From an uncultured Eubacteriales bacterium (lineage in GTDB: Bacteria > Bacillota > Clostridia > Peptostreptococcales > Anaerovoracaceae), in assembly GCA_902784035.1 (NCBI GenBank), contig CACZTH010000161.1:1-43991 (forward strand): a stretch of DNA of 43,991 bases, written 5' to 3'. Numbering within the stretch: the first letter of the stretch is position 1; each line of letters opens with the position of its first letter. The notes beneath the pieces were generated by a model. It was not told the origin of the DNA. It was given only the letters and a program-made list of their open reading frames with translations, and searched no databases. Position numbers and translations under genes: made by a program. Of the stretch, positions 35,759 through 43,991 are shown one piece after another.

Positions 35759-36406
35759 ATGAAAAAAATGATTATTGTGGGCGCCGGCGGGCTGGGGCGG
35801 AAACTGTTCGTCTGTCTTCGACGGCTGAATACGAATCACCAGTGGGATATCCGGGGCTTCATCGACGACAATCCCCATGCCCTGGACGGGAAGAAATGCG
35901 ACCTGCCCATCATCGGCGGCCTTTCCGACTGGGCGCCCCAGGAGGATGAGATCTTCGCCATGGGTGTCGCGGAACCGTCTGTGAAGTACAAGCTGGCCGC
36001 GATGCTCCGGGGGAAGGGGGCGAAGTTCGCGACCATCGTCTCCCCGGACGTGATCCTGGGCGACTATGTGGCGTTCGGCGAGGGCAGCGTCATCCTGACC
36101 CCCTATAACATCGAGAGCGGGGTCCGGATCGGCGAATTCGTCACGGTCCTGGGCAGCACCATGGCCCTGGACGGGGTGATCGACGATTACGCGACCACGG
36201 CGGGCTTCGCCAATCTGACCGACGCCCATGTCGGCCGGGGCGCTTATGTGGGCAGCCAGACCTTCCTCAACCAGGGGATCACGGTCGGCGAGTGCGCCTA
36301 CGTTGGCGTCGGCAGCATCTGCCTGAAGGACGTCGCCCCCTGTACGCAGGTCTTCGGGACCCCGGCCCGGGTGATCGGGAAGAAGGAGAATTTTTTCAAT
36401 GACTAA
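35759..36406 (+). CDS. PglD/NeuD-like sugar acyltransferase (left-handed beta-helix)
   Basis: IIVGAGGLG, GFIDD, hexapeptide repeats and C-terminal GTPARVI. Confidence 0.82.
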   Translation: MKKMIIVGAGGLGRKLFVCLRRLNTNHQWDIRGFIDDNPHALDGKKCDLPIIGGLSDWAPQEDEIFAMGVAEPSVKYKLAAMLRGKGAKFATIVSPDVILGDYVAFGEGSVILTPYNIESGVRIGEFVTVLGSTMALDGVIDDYATTAGFANLTDAHVGRGAYVGSQTFLNQGITVGECAYVGVGSICLKDVAPCTQVFGTPARVIGKKENFFND

Positions 36407-36638
36407 TTCAGAGAAATACGACAACGTTTTCTGCTCGGTGTTCGAGGTGGGAAAAGACCAGCTGGACGGGAAATTCACCTTCGCGGATGTGAAGAGCTGG
36501 GATTCTCTGACCCATCTGACCCTGATCAGCGGCCTGGAGGATGCCTTCGACATCATGTTCGAGACAGAAGACATCCTTCATTTCGGGGGCTATGAGAACG
36601 GGAAGAAGATCCTGACCAAGTACGGCGTCGAATTCTGA
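36399..36638 (+). CDS. Acyl carrier protein
   Basis: 79 aa acidic protein with a WDSLTH phosphopantetheinylation motif and LEDAFDI. Confidence 0.88.
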   Translation: MTNSEKYDNVFCSVFEVGKDQLDGKFTFADVKSWDSLTHLTLISGLEDAFDIMFETEDILHFGGYENGKKILTKYGVEF

Positions 36639-37433
36639 TGCCGGCTTTCCAGGCAGGTGCCAGGGTCTGGGAAGCGCCGGAGATTTACCAGTTCTCCTAT
36701 GGGAGAGAGAAGGCGGACAGTTATCTGATCATTCGGTCGGGACGGGCGGTGCTGGTAGACGCGGCTTCCCCGGAGCTGGCAGAGAGGATCAGGGCCAGTG
36801 GCCTGGCCCTGGACCTGATCCTCCTGACCCATGAGCACTGTGACCACCTGTGGGGGCTGAACGCTGTCCGGGCGGCCTTCCCGGCGGCGAGGACCATCTG
36901 CGCCCGCGCCTGCAGTGAGGCCATGGGGGATCCGGCGCGGAACCAGGCCAGGCGCTACCATATTTATATGGCGCTTCGCTATGGGTCCGCCTGTCAGGAG
37001 AAGGGGGAGGCGGATGGGAAATGGGACCCGGAGCTTCGGTGTCAGCCGGCGGATCAGGTGTTCGAGACCCGGACCGCCCTGTCCTGGCAGGGCCTGGCCC
37101 TGAACCTGATCCCGGCCCCCGGGCACAGTCCGGGAAGCGGAGGATCTGATTCCCGTTCAGTCTGAACTCCATCCGGCCCCCGGGCACAGTCCGGGAAGCG
37201 TCCTGATCCGCCTTTCCGGCGCGGGCGTCTTCTCTGGCGATACCCTTCTTCTGGATCAGCCCGTATTCTCAGGTTTCGAGGGCGGGTCAGAAGAAAACTT
37301 CCGGAGGATCACCATGCCGGTCCTGGACGCCCTCCCCGCGGCGGAGATGATCTTTCCGGGGCATGGCGGCGTCTTCCGGAAACGGCGCTGGGACGAAGAA
37401 AGGATGAGCAGTGGGCGAACTTCTGAAGGATAA
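36638..37433 (+). pseudogene. MBL-fold metallo-hydrolase interrupted by a 61-bp duplication/insertion
   Basis: THEHCDH and PGHSPGS precede TGA 37163-37165. The remainder (FSGDTL...IFPGHG) continues in another frame from 37200 to TAA 37431-37433. Confidence 0.8.
37112..37200. repeat. Perfect 28-bp direct repeat flanking a 33-bp insert
   Basis: CCGGCCCCCGGGCACAGTCCGGGAAGCG at 37112-37139 and 37173-37200. Confidence 0.9.
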
Positions 37434-38157
37434 GGTCTGTATCGTGACAGGGTCGGTCCGGGGCATCGGCCGGTCGGTGGCGGAACTGTTCGCGGCGGAG
37501 GGGGCCCGGGTCGTGGTGAATGGGACCCGGCCCGGTTCCGCGGCGGAATGGATCAGGGCCTCTGACTTTCAGGACCGTTTTTATCCGTACTATTTCGACG
37601 TGTCCGACCCCGCTGCTGTCCGGAAGAATGTGATGGCTGTGAAGAAGGAGCTGGGCCGGATCGATGTCCTGGTCAATAACGCCGGCGTGGAGCGTAATGA
37701 GCTGATCGGCATGATCAGCCGGGAGAACATGGAGAAGATGTTCCAGGTCAATGTCTACGGGACCATCGAGATGCTTCAGTATGTGAGCCGGGTCATGGGA
37801 CGGAGCCCCGGCGGCGGCAGCATCATCAACATCGCCTCTGTCGTCGGCCTCCGGGGAAATCCTGGGCAGCTGGTTTATTCAGCCACGAAGGGAGCGGTCA
37901 TCGCCCTGACCCGGTCGGCGGCGAAGGAACTGGCCCCCCGGAAGATTCGGGTGAACGCCATCGCCCCCGGCCTGACCCAGACCGGGATGATGGAGCAGGC
38001 GGACCTGGACAAGCTGAAGCCGCGGATCGCCAACATCGCCATGGGCAGGATCGCCCAGCCGTCCGACATCGCCGGCGCCTGTCTGCTTCTGGCGTCGGAT
38101 TACGCCGGCTATATCTCAGGACAGGTGCTGGCGGTGGACGGATGCGCCAGCATGTGA
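37411..38157 (+). CDS. FabG-like SDR oxidoreductase
   Basis: TGSVRGIG, NNAG, YSATK and VNAIAPG. Confidence 0.9.
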   Translation: MGELLKDKVCIVTGSVRGIGRSVAELFAAEGARVVVNGTRPGSAAEWIRASDFQDRFYPYYFDVSDPAAVRKNVMAVKKELGRIDVLVNNAGVERNELIGMISRENMEKMFQVNVYGTIEMLQYVSRVMGRSPGGGSIINIASVVGLRGNPGQLVYSATKGAVIALTRSAAKELAPRKIRVNAIAPGLTQTGMMEQADLDKLKPRIANIAMGRIAQPSDIAGACLLLASDYAGYISGQVLAVDGCASM

Positions 38158-38170
38158 GCGGGAGAGAAAG

Positions 38171-39589
38171 ATGTTTCTGAATATCGATAAGCAGAACCGG
38201 GAAAGCGTCGCGCTGGTGGATAATGATGGCCGCCGGGTGACCTACGGCGAGCTGGCCGACCGGATGGGGGAACTGGGCGCCCGGGTGGAGCCCCGGTCCG
38301 TCATCTTCAATCTCTGCCGGAATACGGCGGGGGCCATGGCTGGATACCTGGGATTCATCGACCGGGGCGCGGTTCCCCTGAACCTGAGTGATAAGATCGA
38401 CCGGGCCCTCCTTCAGACCATGCTGGACACCTACCGGCCGGCCTGGCTCTGGGTTCCGGAGGAAGAAGCGGCCGGCTTCGGGGGCGAAGTGGTCTGCCGG
38501 CTCTGGGACTATGCCCTGGTCCGGACCGGGAACCCCCTGTATCCCCTCCATGAGGACCTCCAGTTTTTGATGGCCACCTCCGGCTCCACCGGGAGCCCCA
38601 AGCTGGTCCGGTATAAGAAGGGAAACCTGGAAGCCAACGCGAAGAACGTGGCCATCGCCTTCGGATGGACGCAGGCGGAACGGCCGCTCTGTGACCTGGG
38701 CATGCAGTACACCATGGGGCTGAACGTCATCAACACCCACCTCTTCGTGGGCGCGACGGTCCTCCTGACCACCTATAACATCATGAGCGCCGGGTTCTGG
38801 CAGTACATGAAGGAGGAGCGGGCTACGAACTTCACCGGCGTCCCCTTCAGCTATGACCTCTTCTACCGCCTCCGTTTCGAACGGATGGACCTGCCCGACC
38901 TGAAGACCCTGTCCCAGGGCGGCGGCAAACTGACCAGCGCCCGCTTCACCCAGCTGGCGAACTATGCGGCCAGGACCGGAAGAAGGTTCATCGCCTCCTT
39001 CGGGACCACGGAGACCGCTGCCCGTATGGCCTGCCTGCCCGCGGCCCTGGCCCTGGAGAAGGTGGGAAGCATCGGAAGGGCCATCCCGGAGGGCGAACTG
39101 TTCCTGGTGGATGACAAAGGCAGCCCGGAGGACGCTCCCGCGGCGGAGGGCGAGCTTTGCTACCGGGGTCCCAACGTCACCATGGGTTACGCGTATACGA
39201 AAGAAGATCTCCAGAGGGGAGATGACTGCCGGGGGGAGTACCACACCGGCGACCTGGCGCGGCGGGACGCGGATGGCTGCTATTACATCACCGGCAGGCT
39301 GTCCCGGTTCCTGAAGCTCCTGAGCTACCGGATCAGCCTGGATCAGAGCGAGCGCCTGATCCAGCAGGCCTTTGACATCGAATGCGCCTGCTCCGGGACG
39401 GACGAGCGGATGAACATCTACCTGACCGACGGGTCGAAGGCGGATCAGGTCGTCGACTTCATCGCGAAGAAGACCGGCCTCCACCGGTCTCTCTTCCGGG
39501 TTTTCGCCGTTCCGGAGATCCTGCGGAATGACACCGGGAAGATCCAGTACCGGAAGATGGACGCCCGGTACGCCGGGGCGGAGAAGTGA
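38171..39589 (+). CDS. AMP-binding adenylation enzyme (acyl-ACP/CoA ligase-like)
   Basis: TSGSTGSPK, FGTTE, YHTGDL, GRLSRF and TGKI. Confidence 0.88.
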   Translation: MFLNIDKQNRESVALVDNDGRRVTYGELADRMGELGARVEPRSVIFNLCRNTAGAMAGYLGFIDRGAVPLNLSDKIDRALLQTMLDTYRPAWLWVPEEEAAGFGGEVVCRLWDYALVRTGNPLYPLHEDLQFLMATSGSTGSPKLVRYKKGNLEANAKNVAIAFGWTQAERPLCDLGMQYTMGLNVINTHLFVGATVLLTTYNIMSAGFWQYMKEERATNFTGVPFSYDLFYRLRFERMDLPDLKTLSQGGGKLTSARFTQLANYAARTGRRFIASFGTTETAARMACLPAALALEKVGSIGRAIPEGELFLVDDKGSPEDAPAAEGELCYRGPNVTMGYAYTKEDLQRGDDCRGEYHTGDLARRDADGCYYITGRLSRFLKLLSYRISLDQSERLIQQAFDIECACSGTDERMNIYLTDGSKADQVVDFIAKKTGLHRSLFRVFAVPEILRNDTGKIQYRKMDARYAGAEK

Positions 39590-39646
39590 GGCGTCATCCG
39601 CAGGCCCGGCGGGCATGGGGAAGGTCGGGGGAATGAACGCGCGGAC

Positions 39647-40897
39647 ATGAGGAAGGTCAGAGAAATGAACGTACTGAAGAAGATCTATAAACGATTCGCG
39701 ACCCAGGCCATTCATGGGGGCGGGAAGGACCGGATGCCCTTCGGGGAGCAGATGGCCTTCCTGCGCGCTGTCGGGACCCCGGGAGACGACTATGAGCGGA
39801 GCTACCTGAAGTATAAGTGCTTCACTGCTGCCTGCTACTATCACCGCGGCCGGCTGCTCTTCCTGTACAATCTGGCGGCCATGTTCGCGCTTCCCGTCTA
39901 TCGGCTGAAGCTCCGCCGGCTGAACCGGGCCAACCCGGTGAAGGACCAGGCGGACGCCGTCATCGAGAACGTGCCCCGGCTTCCGAACACGGACGTCATC
40001 CCCCGGGAGCTCCTGACCCAGTATGAGCGGAAGCGGGAGATCCATTCGATCAGCTATGGAAACGCCCACCTGAACGACCAGGGAGAAGCCATCTACCGGG
40101 AGGTCCGCCGGCGCTATTTCGGCCACTTCTACTTCCGTCTGATGGTCCTCCTGAAGCTGGCCCAGTTCTCCGTCTACCTGGACAGCTACCGTCCGAAGGC
40201 GGTCTGTTTCTACAGCGTCGAGCGGGAGTTCGAGAGCCCCCTTCAGACCATGCTCTGCGAAGCCATGGGGGCCAGATACATTGCCTTCATGCACGGAGAC
40301 TACCTGAAATCATTGGATTTCGCCTTTCAGAAATACTCGCTCTATTATGTCTGGGATCAGGCTTACGCGGATATGTTCGACGAGCTCCAGTGCGATTTCC
40401 CGACCCGGGTTTACCGGCCGGCGAAGCTGACGGGGATCGCCGGGAAGAAGGAGGATGAAGACTGCGGCTATTTCGCGACCTATTATTTCTCCGCTGAGTC
40501 GGAAATCCAGGTCGCCAGGGTCCAGAAGGTTTTCGCCCGTTTCGAGGCGGAGGGGCTCAGGATCAAGGTCCGGCCCCATCCCCGTTTTTCGGACATTCCC
40601 ATGATCCAGCGCTTTTTCGGGGCGGAGAATGTGGAGGATGTCCACGAATGGAGTCTGGCCGATTCCATCGCCGATTCCATCTTCATCGTCGGGCTCAATA
40701 CGACCGTCCTCTCGGAGGCCTTTTTCTCGGGGAAGAAAATCGTGATCGACGATGTCTCCGCGCCGGCGGTGTACGCGGAGCTGGACGAGCGGGGCTATGT
40801 CTCCATAAAGAGGGAACATCTCCTGCTCTCAGAACTTCAGGACATGGATCTTTCGCCCTTCACCGGGCGCTGCCGCTGTGAGCGGGAAGCAAGGTAA
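39647..40897 (+). CDS. Capsule-locus protein of unknown function, possibly a GT-B glycosyltransferase
   Basis: 416 aa soluble ORF in the operon with FMHG, VRPHPR and NTTVLSEA motifs. Alternative start 39665. Confidence 0.55.
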   Translation: MRKVREMNVLKKIYKRFATQAIHGGGKDRMPFGEQMAFLRAVGTPGDDYERSYLKYKCFTAACYYHRGRLLFLYNLAAMFALPVYRLKLRRLNRANPVKDQADAVIENVPRLPNTDVIPRELLTQYERKREIHSISYGNAHLNDQGEAIYREVRRRYFGHFYFRLMVLLKLAQFSVYLDSYRPKAVCFYSVEREFESPLQTMLCEAMGARYIAFMHGDYLKSLDFAFQKYSLYYVWDQAYADMFDELQCDFPTRVYRPAKLTGIAGKKEDEDCGYFATYYFSAESEIQVARVQKVFARFEAEGLRIKVRPHPRFSDIPMIQRFFGAENVEDVHEWSLADSIADSIFIVGLNTTVLSEAFFSGKKIVIDDVSAPAVYAELDERGYVSIKREHLLLSELQDMDLSPFTGRCRCEREAR

Positions 40898-40904
40898 GGA
40901 ACGC

Positions 40905-42227
40905 ATGACTTTCTACAGTATATTCTACCTGATCATCGCGGCCGCGCTGCTGCTATATACCGCTCGCCACCGCTTCGACCTCATCGCGGTGGCGGCCCTG
41001 TGCTTCATCGTCTATACGATCTACTGCATCCCCGGCACCGGGATCGCCGGCTTCTACCGGCCGCGGCTGTCCCCGGCTCTTTACTATTCGGTCTATGTCC
41101 AGATGGCGGTGATCCTGGCAGCCAGCGTCATCATCCGAAGCGGCAGGGAAGAGAAACCCCGGACGCCCTGGCTGACGGATGAGGGGATCCGGCCGGGACA
41201 GGAAGACATTCTCCACCGGTCCTTCCGGCTCTATACCATCGTCATCGCCCTGTTCGCCCTGCTGAATGTGGCAACCATCGGCGTTTCGACCTTCCTCTCC
41301 GGGAAGGGATCCGTCTGGGGAAAGGCCAACATCCTCTATATCATCAGCCTCTATGGGGCTTATCCCTCCTTCGCTTATGGCATTCATAAGCGGGATAAGT
41401 TTATCTGGATGCTCAGTCTCCTGGTGGAGCTGACCATCTTCATCGCCGGCGCCAGGGCTTTCACCGCGACCCTGCTGATCATGATCATCTGTGAGATGGG
41501 GTCCTCCCTCTGGAAGGAGCGAAAGGGAAATGTGAAGCTCTATGTCTGGGGGGCCCTCCTGGTTCTTTTCATGGTCCTGTACCGGGCCGTGGATACCCAG
41601 GTCATGTCAGGGGATTTCGCCGGTGTCCTCACGACCCTGAAGGACCCGGCCACCTGGGCTTCCGCTCTGGAGCTGAATGAGCCCCGGGTCATCATCGCCA
41701 ATTATGATTATGTGCTGACGCACCATGTCCATTTCCCCTTAGGGGATGTGGTTTACCGGATCATCGATTTCGTGCCGGGCATGACGAAGATGATTCCGAT
41801 CCCGCTGACCTTCCCGGAGTATTTCTCCAACTGGCTCATGGCTCAGGAGAACGCCTCCGCGGGCGTCGGCGGGACCATCTGGGGAGAGGGCTACGCCATG
41901 TTCGGCTGGGCGGGGATCCCCCTGCTCACCGCCGTCTGGATGGCCCTGCTGGGCTTCGCCAATAAACACATGGATTTCCATAAGCCCTATAGTTATTTCA
42001 TCGTGGCTTCCGCCACCTACCTGAGCTGGTACATCAGCCGGCTGGATTTCAACCGGGTAGCCCAGTCTCTGAAGGTCATGTTCCTCTGCTTCCTGATCTG
42101 GCAGACCATCTTCCTGATCCAGGGGGGCGAAGTGGTCTTCCGGAGGTTCAGCCTCCTGCTCGGCCGTCCCAGGCTGAAGCGCCGGCCTGCCTGGCGCTGC
42201 GGCAGCGTGAAAGAGGTCAGCCGATGA
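40905..42227 (+). CDS. Putative polysaccharide polymerase Wzy
   Basis: Highly hydrophobic multi-TM protein with a large loop ending GVGGTIWGEGYAMFG; sits directly before the flippase. Confidence 0.7.
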   Translation: MTFYSIFYLIIAAALLLYTARHRFDLIAVAALCFIVYTIYCIPGTGIAGFYRPRLSPALYYSVYVQMAVILAASVIIRSGREEKPRTPWLTDEGIRPGQEDILHRSFRLYTIVIALFALLNVATIGVSTFLSGKGSVWGKANILYIISLYGAYPSFAYGIHKRDKFIWMLSLLVELTIFIAGARAFTATLLIMIICEMGSSLWKERKGNVKLYVWGALLVLFMVLYRAVDTQVMSGDFAGVLTTLKDPATWASALELNEPRVIIANYDYVLTHHVHFPLGDVVYRIIDFVPGMTKMIPIPLTFPEYFSNWLMAQENASAGVGGTIWGEGYAMFGWAGIPLLTAVWMALLGFANKHMDFHKPYSYFIVASATYLSWYISRLDFNRVAQSLKVMFLCFLIWQTIFLIQGGEVVFRRFSLLLGRPRLKRRPAWRCGSVKEVSR

Positions 42228-43612
42228 AGAAGAGCAGAAACCGGATCGTCCTGTTCAACATCGCCAGCACCATCATCCTGCAGGGCCTGGCCTTCATCTC
42301 CGGCCCCATCTTCTCGGGCTCCCTGGGACCCCATAATTACGGCATCGTCTCGGTCTACGCCACCTGGGTCCAGATCGCGTCCACGGTCTATTCCCTCCAG
42401 GCCTCCGGGACCATCGCCAACGCCCGGGTTTCATATCCGGAGGACCAGCAGGAGAAATTTCAGTCCAGCATCTTCGGCCTGTCTACCCTGTCCTATTTGA
42501 TTTTTTCAGGGATTACCCTGCTGGCGGTCCTGGTCCTCCGCCGCTGGTTCGGCGTGGGCCTGGCCATGACAGGCTGCGTACTGGCTCAGGGCTGGGGCTT
42601 TTATATGGTGAATGGCATGAACGCCAAGTTCACCTATGAGTTTAAAGCGGATAAGAATTTCATTCTGTCTGTCACCACCTCGGCGCTGACGATCGGCCTT
42701 TCCATCGTCCTGATCCGCTCTATGCCGAAGGACGTGAACTACTGGGGACGGATCCTCGGCCAGGCCGGCGTCTATGTGGTCATCGGCCTCATCCTCTTCA
42801 TCTACATGATGTCGAGGGGGCGGACCTTCTATGACAAAGGCTACTGGATGTTCGCTCTGCCTATCGCCGTCCCAACTATTTTTCACAGTCTGGCCCTGAT
42901 CGTCCTGAACCAGAGCGACCGTGTCATGCTCCAGAGCATGGTTGAGAATTCCGCCGCCGGCATCTATTCGCTGGCGTTCACCTTCGGCGGTGTATTGAGC
43001 ACCATCTACCGAGCGCTGAATAACAGCTGGGTCCCCTTCTATTACGACTATACGAAGAAGGGGGAGATCGAGGAGATGAAGGTCCACGCGAAGAATTATA
43101 TGGAACTCTTCACGATCCTGAGCATGGGCGTCATCCTCCTGGCCAGAGAGGTCTTTCACATCTACGCGAACGTGAAATTCTGGTCCGGAACTGACCTGAT
43201 CCCCCTGTTTTCCATCGGGAACTACTTCATTTTCCTGTACAGTTTCCCGGTGAATTACGAGTTCTACCATAAGAACACGAAGATCATCGCCATCGGCACC
43301 ACCGGCGCCGCGGTCTTCAACATCGTCCTGAACTACTTTCTGATCGGGATCTGGGGGATCTATGGGGCGGTGATCGCGACGGCGGCTGCCCACGGGCTTC
43401 AGTTCATCTTCCACTTCGCCTGCGTAGGAAGGATTAAGGGCGACGTATTTCCCTTCCGGCTCAGGGATTTCATGCCTGGTTTCGTGGCAGTCTGCCTGAC
43501 CTGCGTCTTCTACTGGCTCACGCGGGATTACTGGCTGGTCCGGTGGGGCGTCGGCGGGATCCTGGGGATCTACCTGCTGACGAAGATGTACAAGCGGAGA
43601 GAGATCTTTTAG
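42224..43612 (+). CDS. Oligosaccharide flippase Wzx
   Basis: Multi-TM MOP-type protein with YGIVSVY, LNQSDRVML, AGIYS and NIVLNY.LI..WGIYGA. Confidence 0.88.
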   Translation: MKKSRNRIVLFNIASTIILQGLAFISGPIFSGSLGPHNYGIVSVYATWVQIASTVYSLQASGTIANARVSYPEDQQEKFQSSIFGLSTLSYLIFSGITLLAVLVLRRWFGVGLAMTGCVLAQGWGFYMVNGMNAKFTYEFKADKNFILSVTTSALTIGLSIVLIRSMPKDVNYWGRILGQAGVYVVIGLILFIYMMSRGRTFYDKGYWMFALPIAVPTIFHSLALIVLNQSDRVMLQSMVENSAAGIYSLAFTFGGVLSTIYRALNNSWVPFYYDYTKKGEIEEMKVHAKNYMELFTILSMGVILLAREVFHIYANVKFWSGTDLIPLFSIGNYFIFLYSFPVNYEFYHKNTKIIAIGTTGAAVFNIVLNYFLIGIWGIYGAVIATAAAHGLQFIFHFACVGRIKGDVFPFRLRDFMPGFVAVCLTCVFYWLTRDYWLVRWGVGGILGIYLLTKMYKRREIF

Positions 43613-43688
43613 CGACCGGTGTCTGAACGCGGATCGGGTCGCTTTTGTCAAATGAAACAGAGTAATCGGCCGATAGGAGGAATGAACG

Positions 43689-43991
43689 GTGTCAGCTTTC
43701 AACGGTTCCACATTAATGATCACAGGCGGGACGGGGTCCTTCGGGAATACAGTCCTGAAGCACTTCCTGGAGACGGATATCGGCGAAATCCGGATCTTTT
43801 CCCGGGATGAGAAGAAGCAGGATGACATGCGTCATGAGCTTCAGGCCAGGCATCCGGAGGCCAGCCGGAAGGTGAAGTTCTATATCGGGGATGTCCGGAA
43901 CCCCCAGTCCATCCGGGACGCCATGTACGGCGTGGATTACATCTTCCACGCGGCGGCGCTCAAGCAGGTGCCGAGCTGCGAGTTCTTCCCG
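43689..43991 (+). CDS. UDP-GlcNAc 4,6-dehydratase/epimerase (FnlA/CapE/WbjB-like), 3'-truncated by the window edge
   Basis: GTG 43689 behind AGGAGG: ITGGTGSFGN...IFSRDEKKQDDMR...IGDVR...FHAAALKQVPSCEFFP. Not in the supplied ORF track because it has no stop in the window. Confidence 0.9.
   Translation, partial: MSAFNGSTLMITGGTGSFGNTVLKHFLETDIGEIRIFSRDEKKQDDMRHELQARHPEASRKVKFYIGDVRNPQSIRDAMYGVDYIFHAAALKQVPSCEFFP

Noticed and set aside
37112-37200. Minimal CRISPR array (28-bp repeat, 33-bp spacer, 28-bp repeat)
   Set aside because: There are only two repeats, the repeat is coding sequence for the MBL PGHSPGS motif, and no cas genes or leader are present.
76-43949. Many long minus-strand ORFs (e.g. 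10837-12759, 25450-27591, 30788-32737, 37898-40294)
   Set aside because: They are antisense shadows of well-supported + strand genes in GC-rich DNA and have no recognisable motifs.

Overview
GC-rich bacterial chromosomal window; the gene content suggests an anaerobic Clostridia/Eubacteriales-type Firmicute, which is an inference. All supported genes lie on the + strand. In order: the 3' end of metY, ilvE, a family-6 UDG, a four-carbon acid-sugar kinase/pdxA pair running into thiamine salvage genes (thiE, HAD, thiD, cytX) and a frameshifted ABC exporter. Next is a ~13.5 kb metallocofactor island (11539-25047): hydE, a TM1266-family protein, a nitrogenase-like H-D-K triplet, hypF-hypC-hypD-hypE, then a second H-D-K triplet. 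An ABC-2 exporter and the start of a Wzx/Wzy capsule locus follow. The capsule locus has an acyl-carrier-protein tailoring module and several lesions. The standout is the island. It places the [NiFe]-hydrogenase Fe(CN)2CO synthesis machinery and two divergent nitrogenase-superfamily reductases in one translationally coupled run, next to the [FeFe]-hydrogenase maturase HydE. The window has no hydrogenase subunit, hypA/hypB, hydF/hydG or nifB. The run sits behind a leader with a terminator/antiterminator switch that matches no riboswitch I recognise. All calls come from reading motifs by eye; no searches were run.
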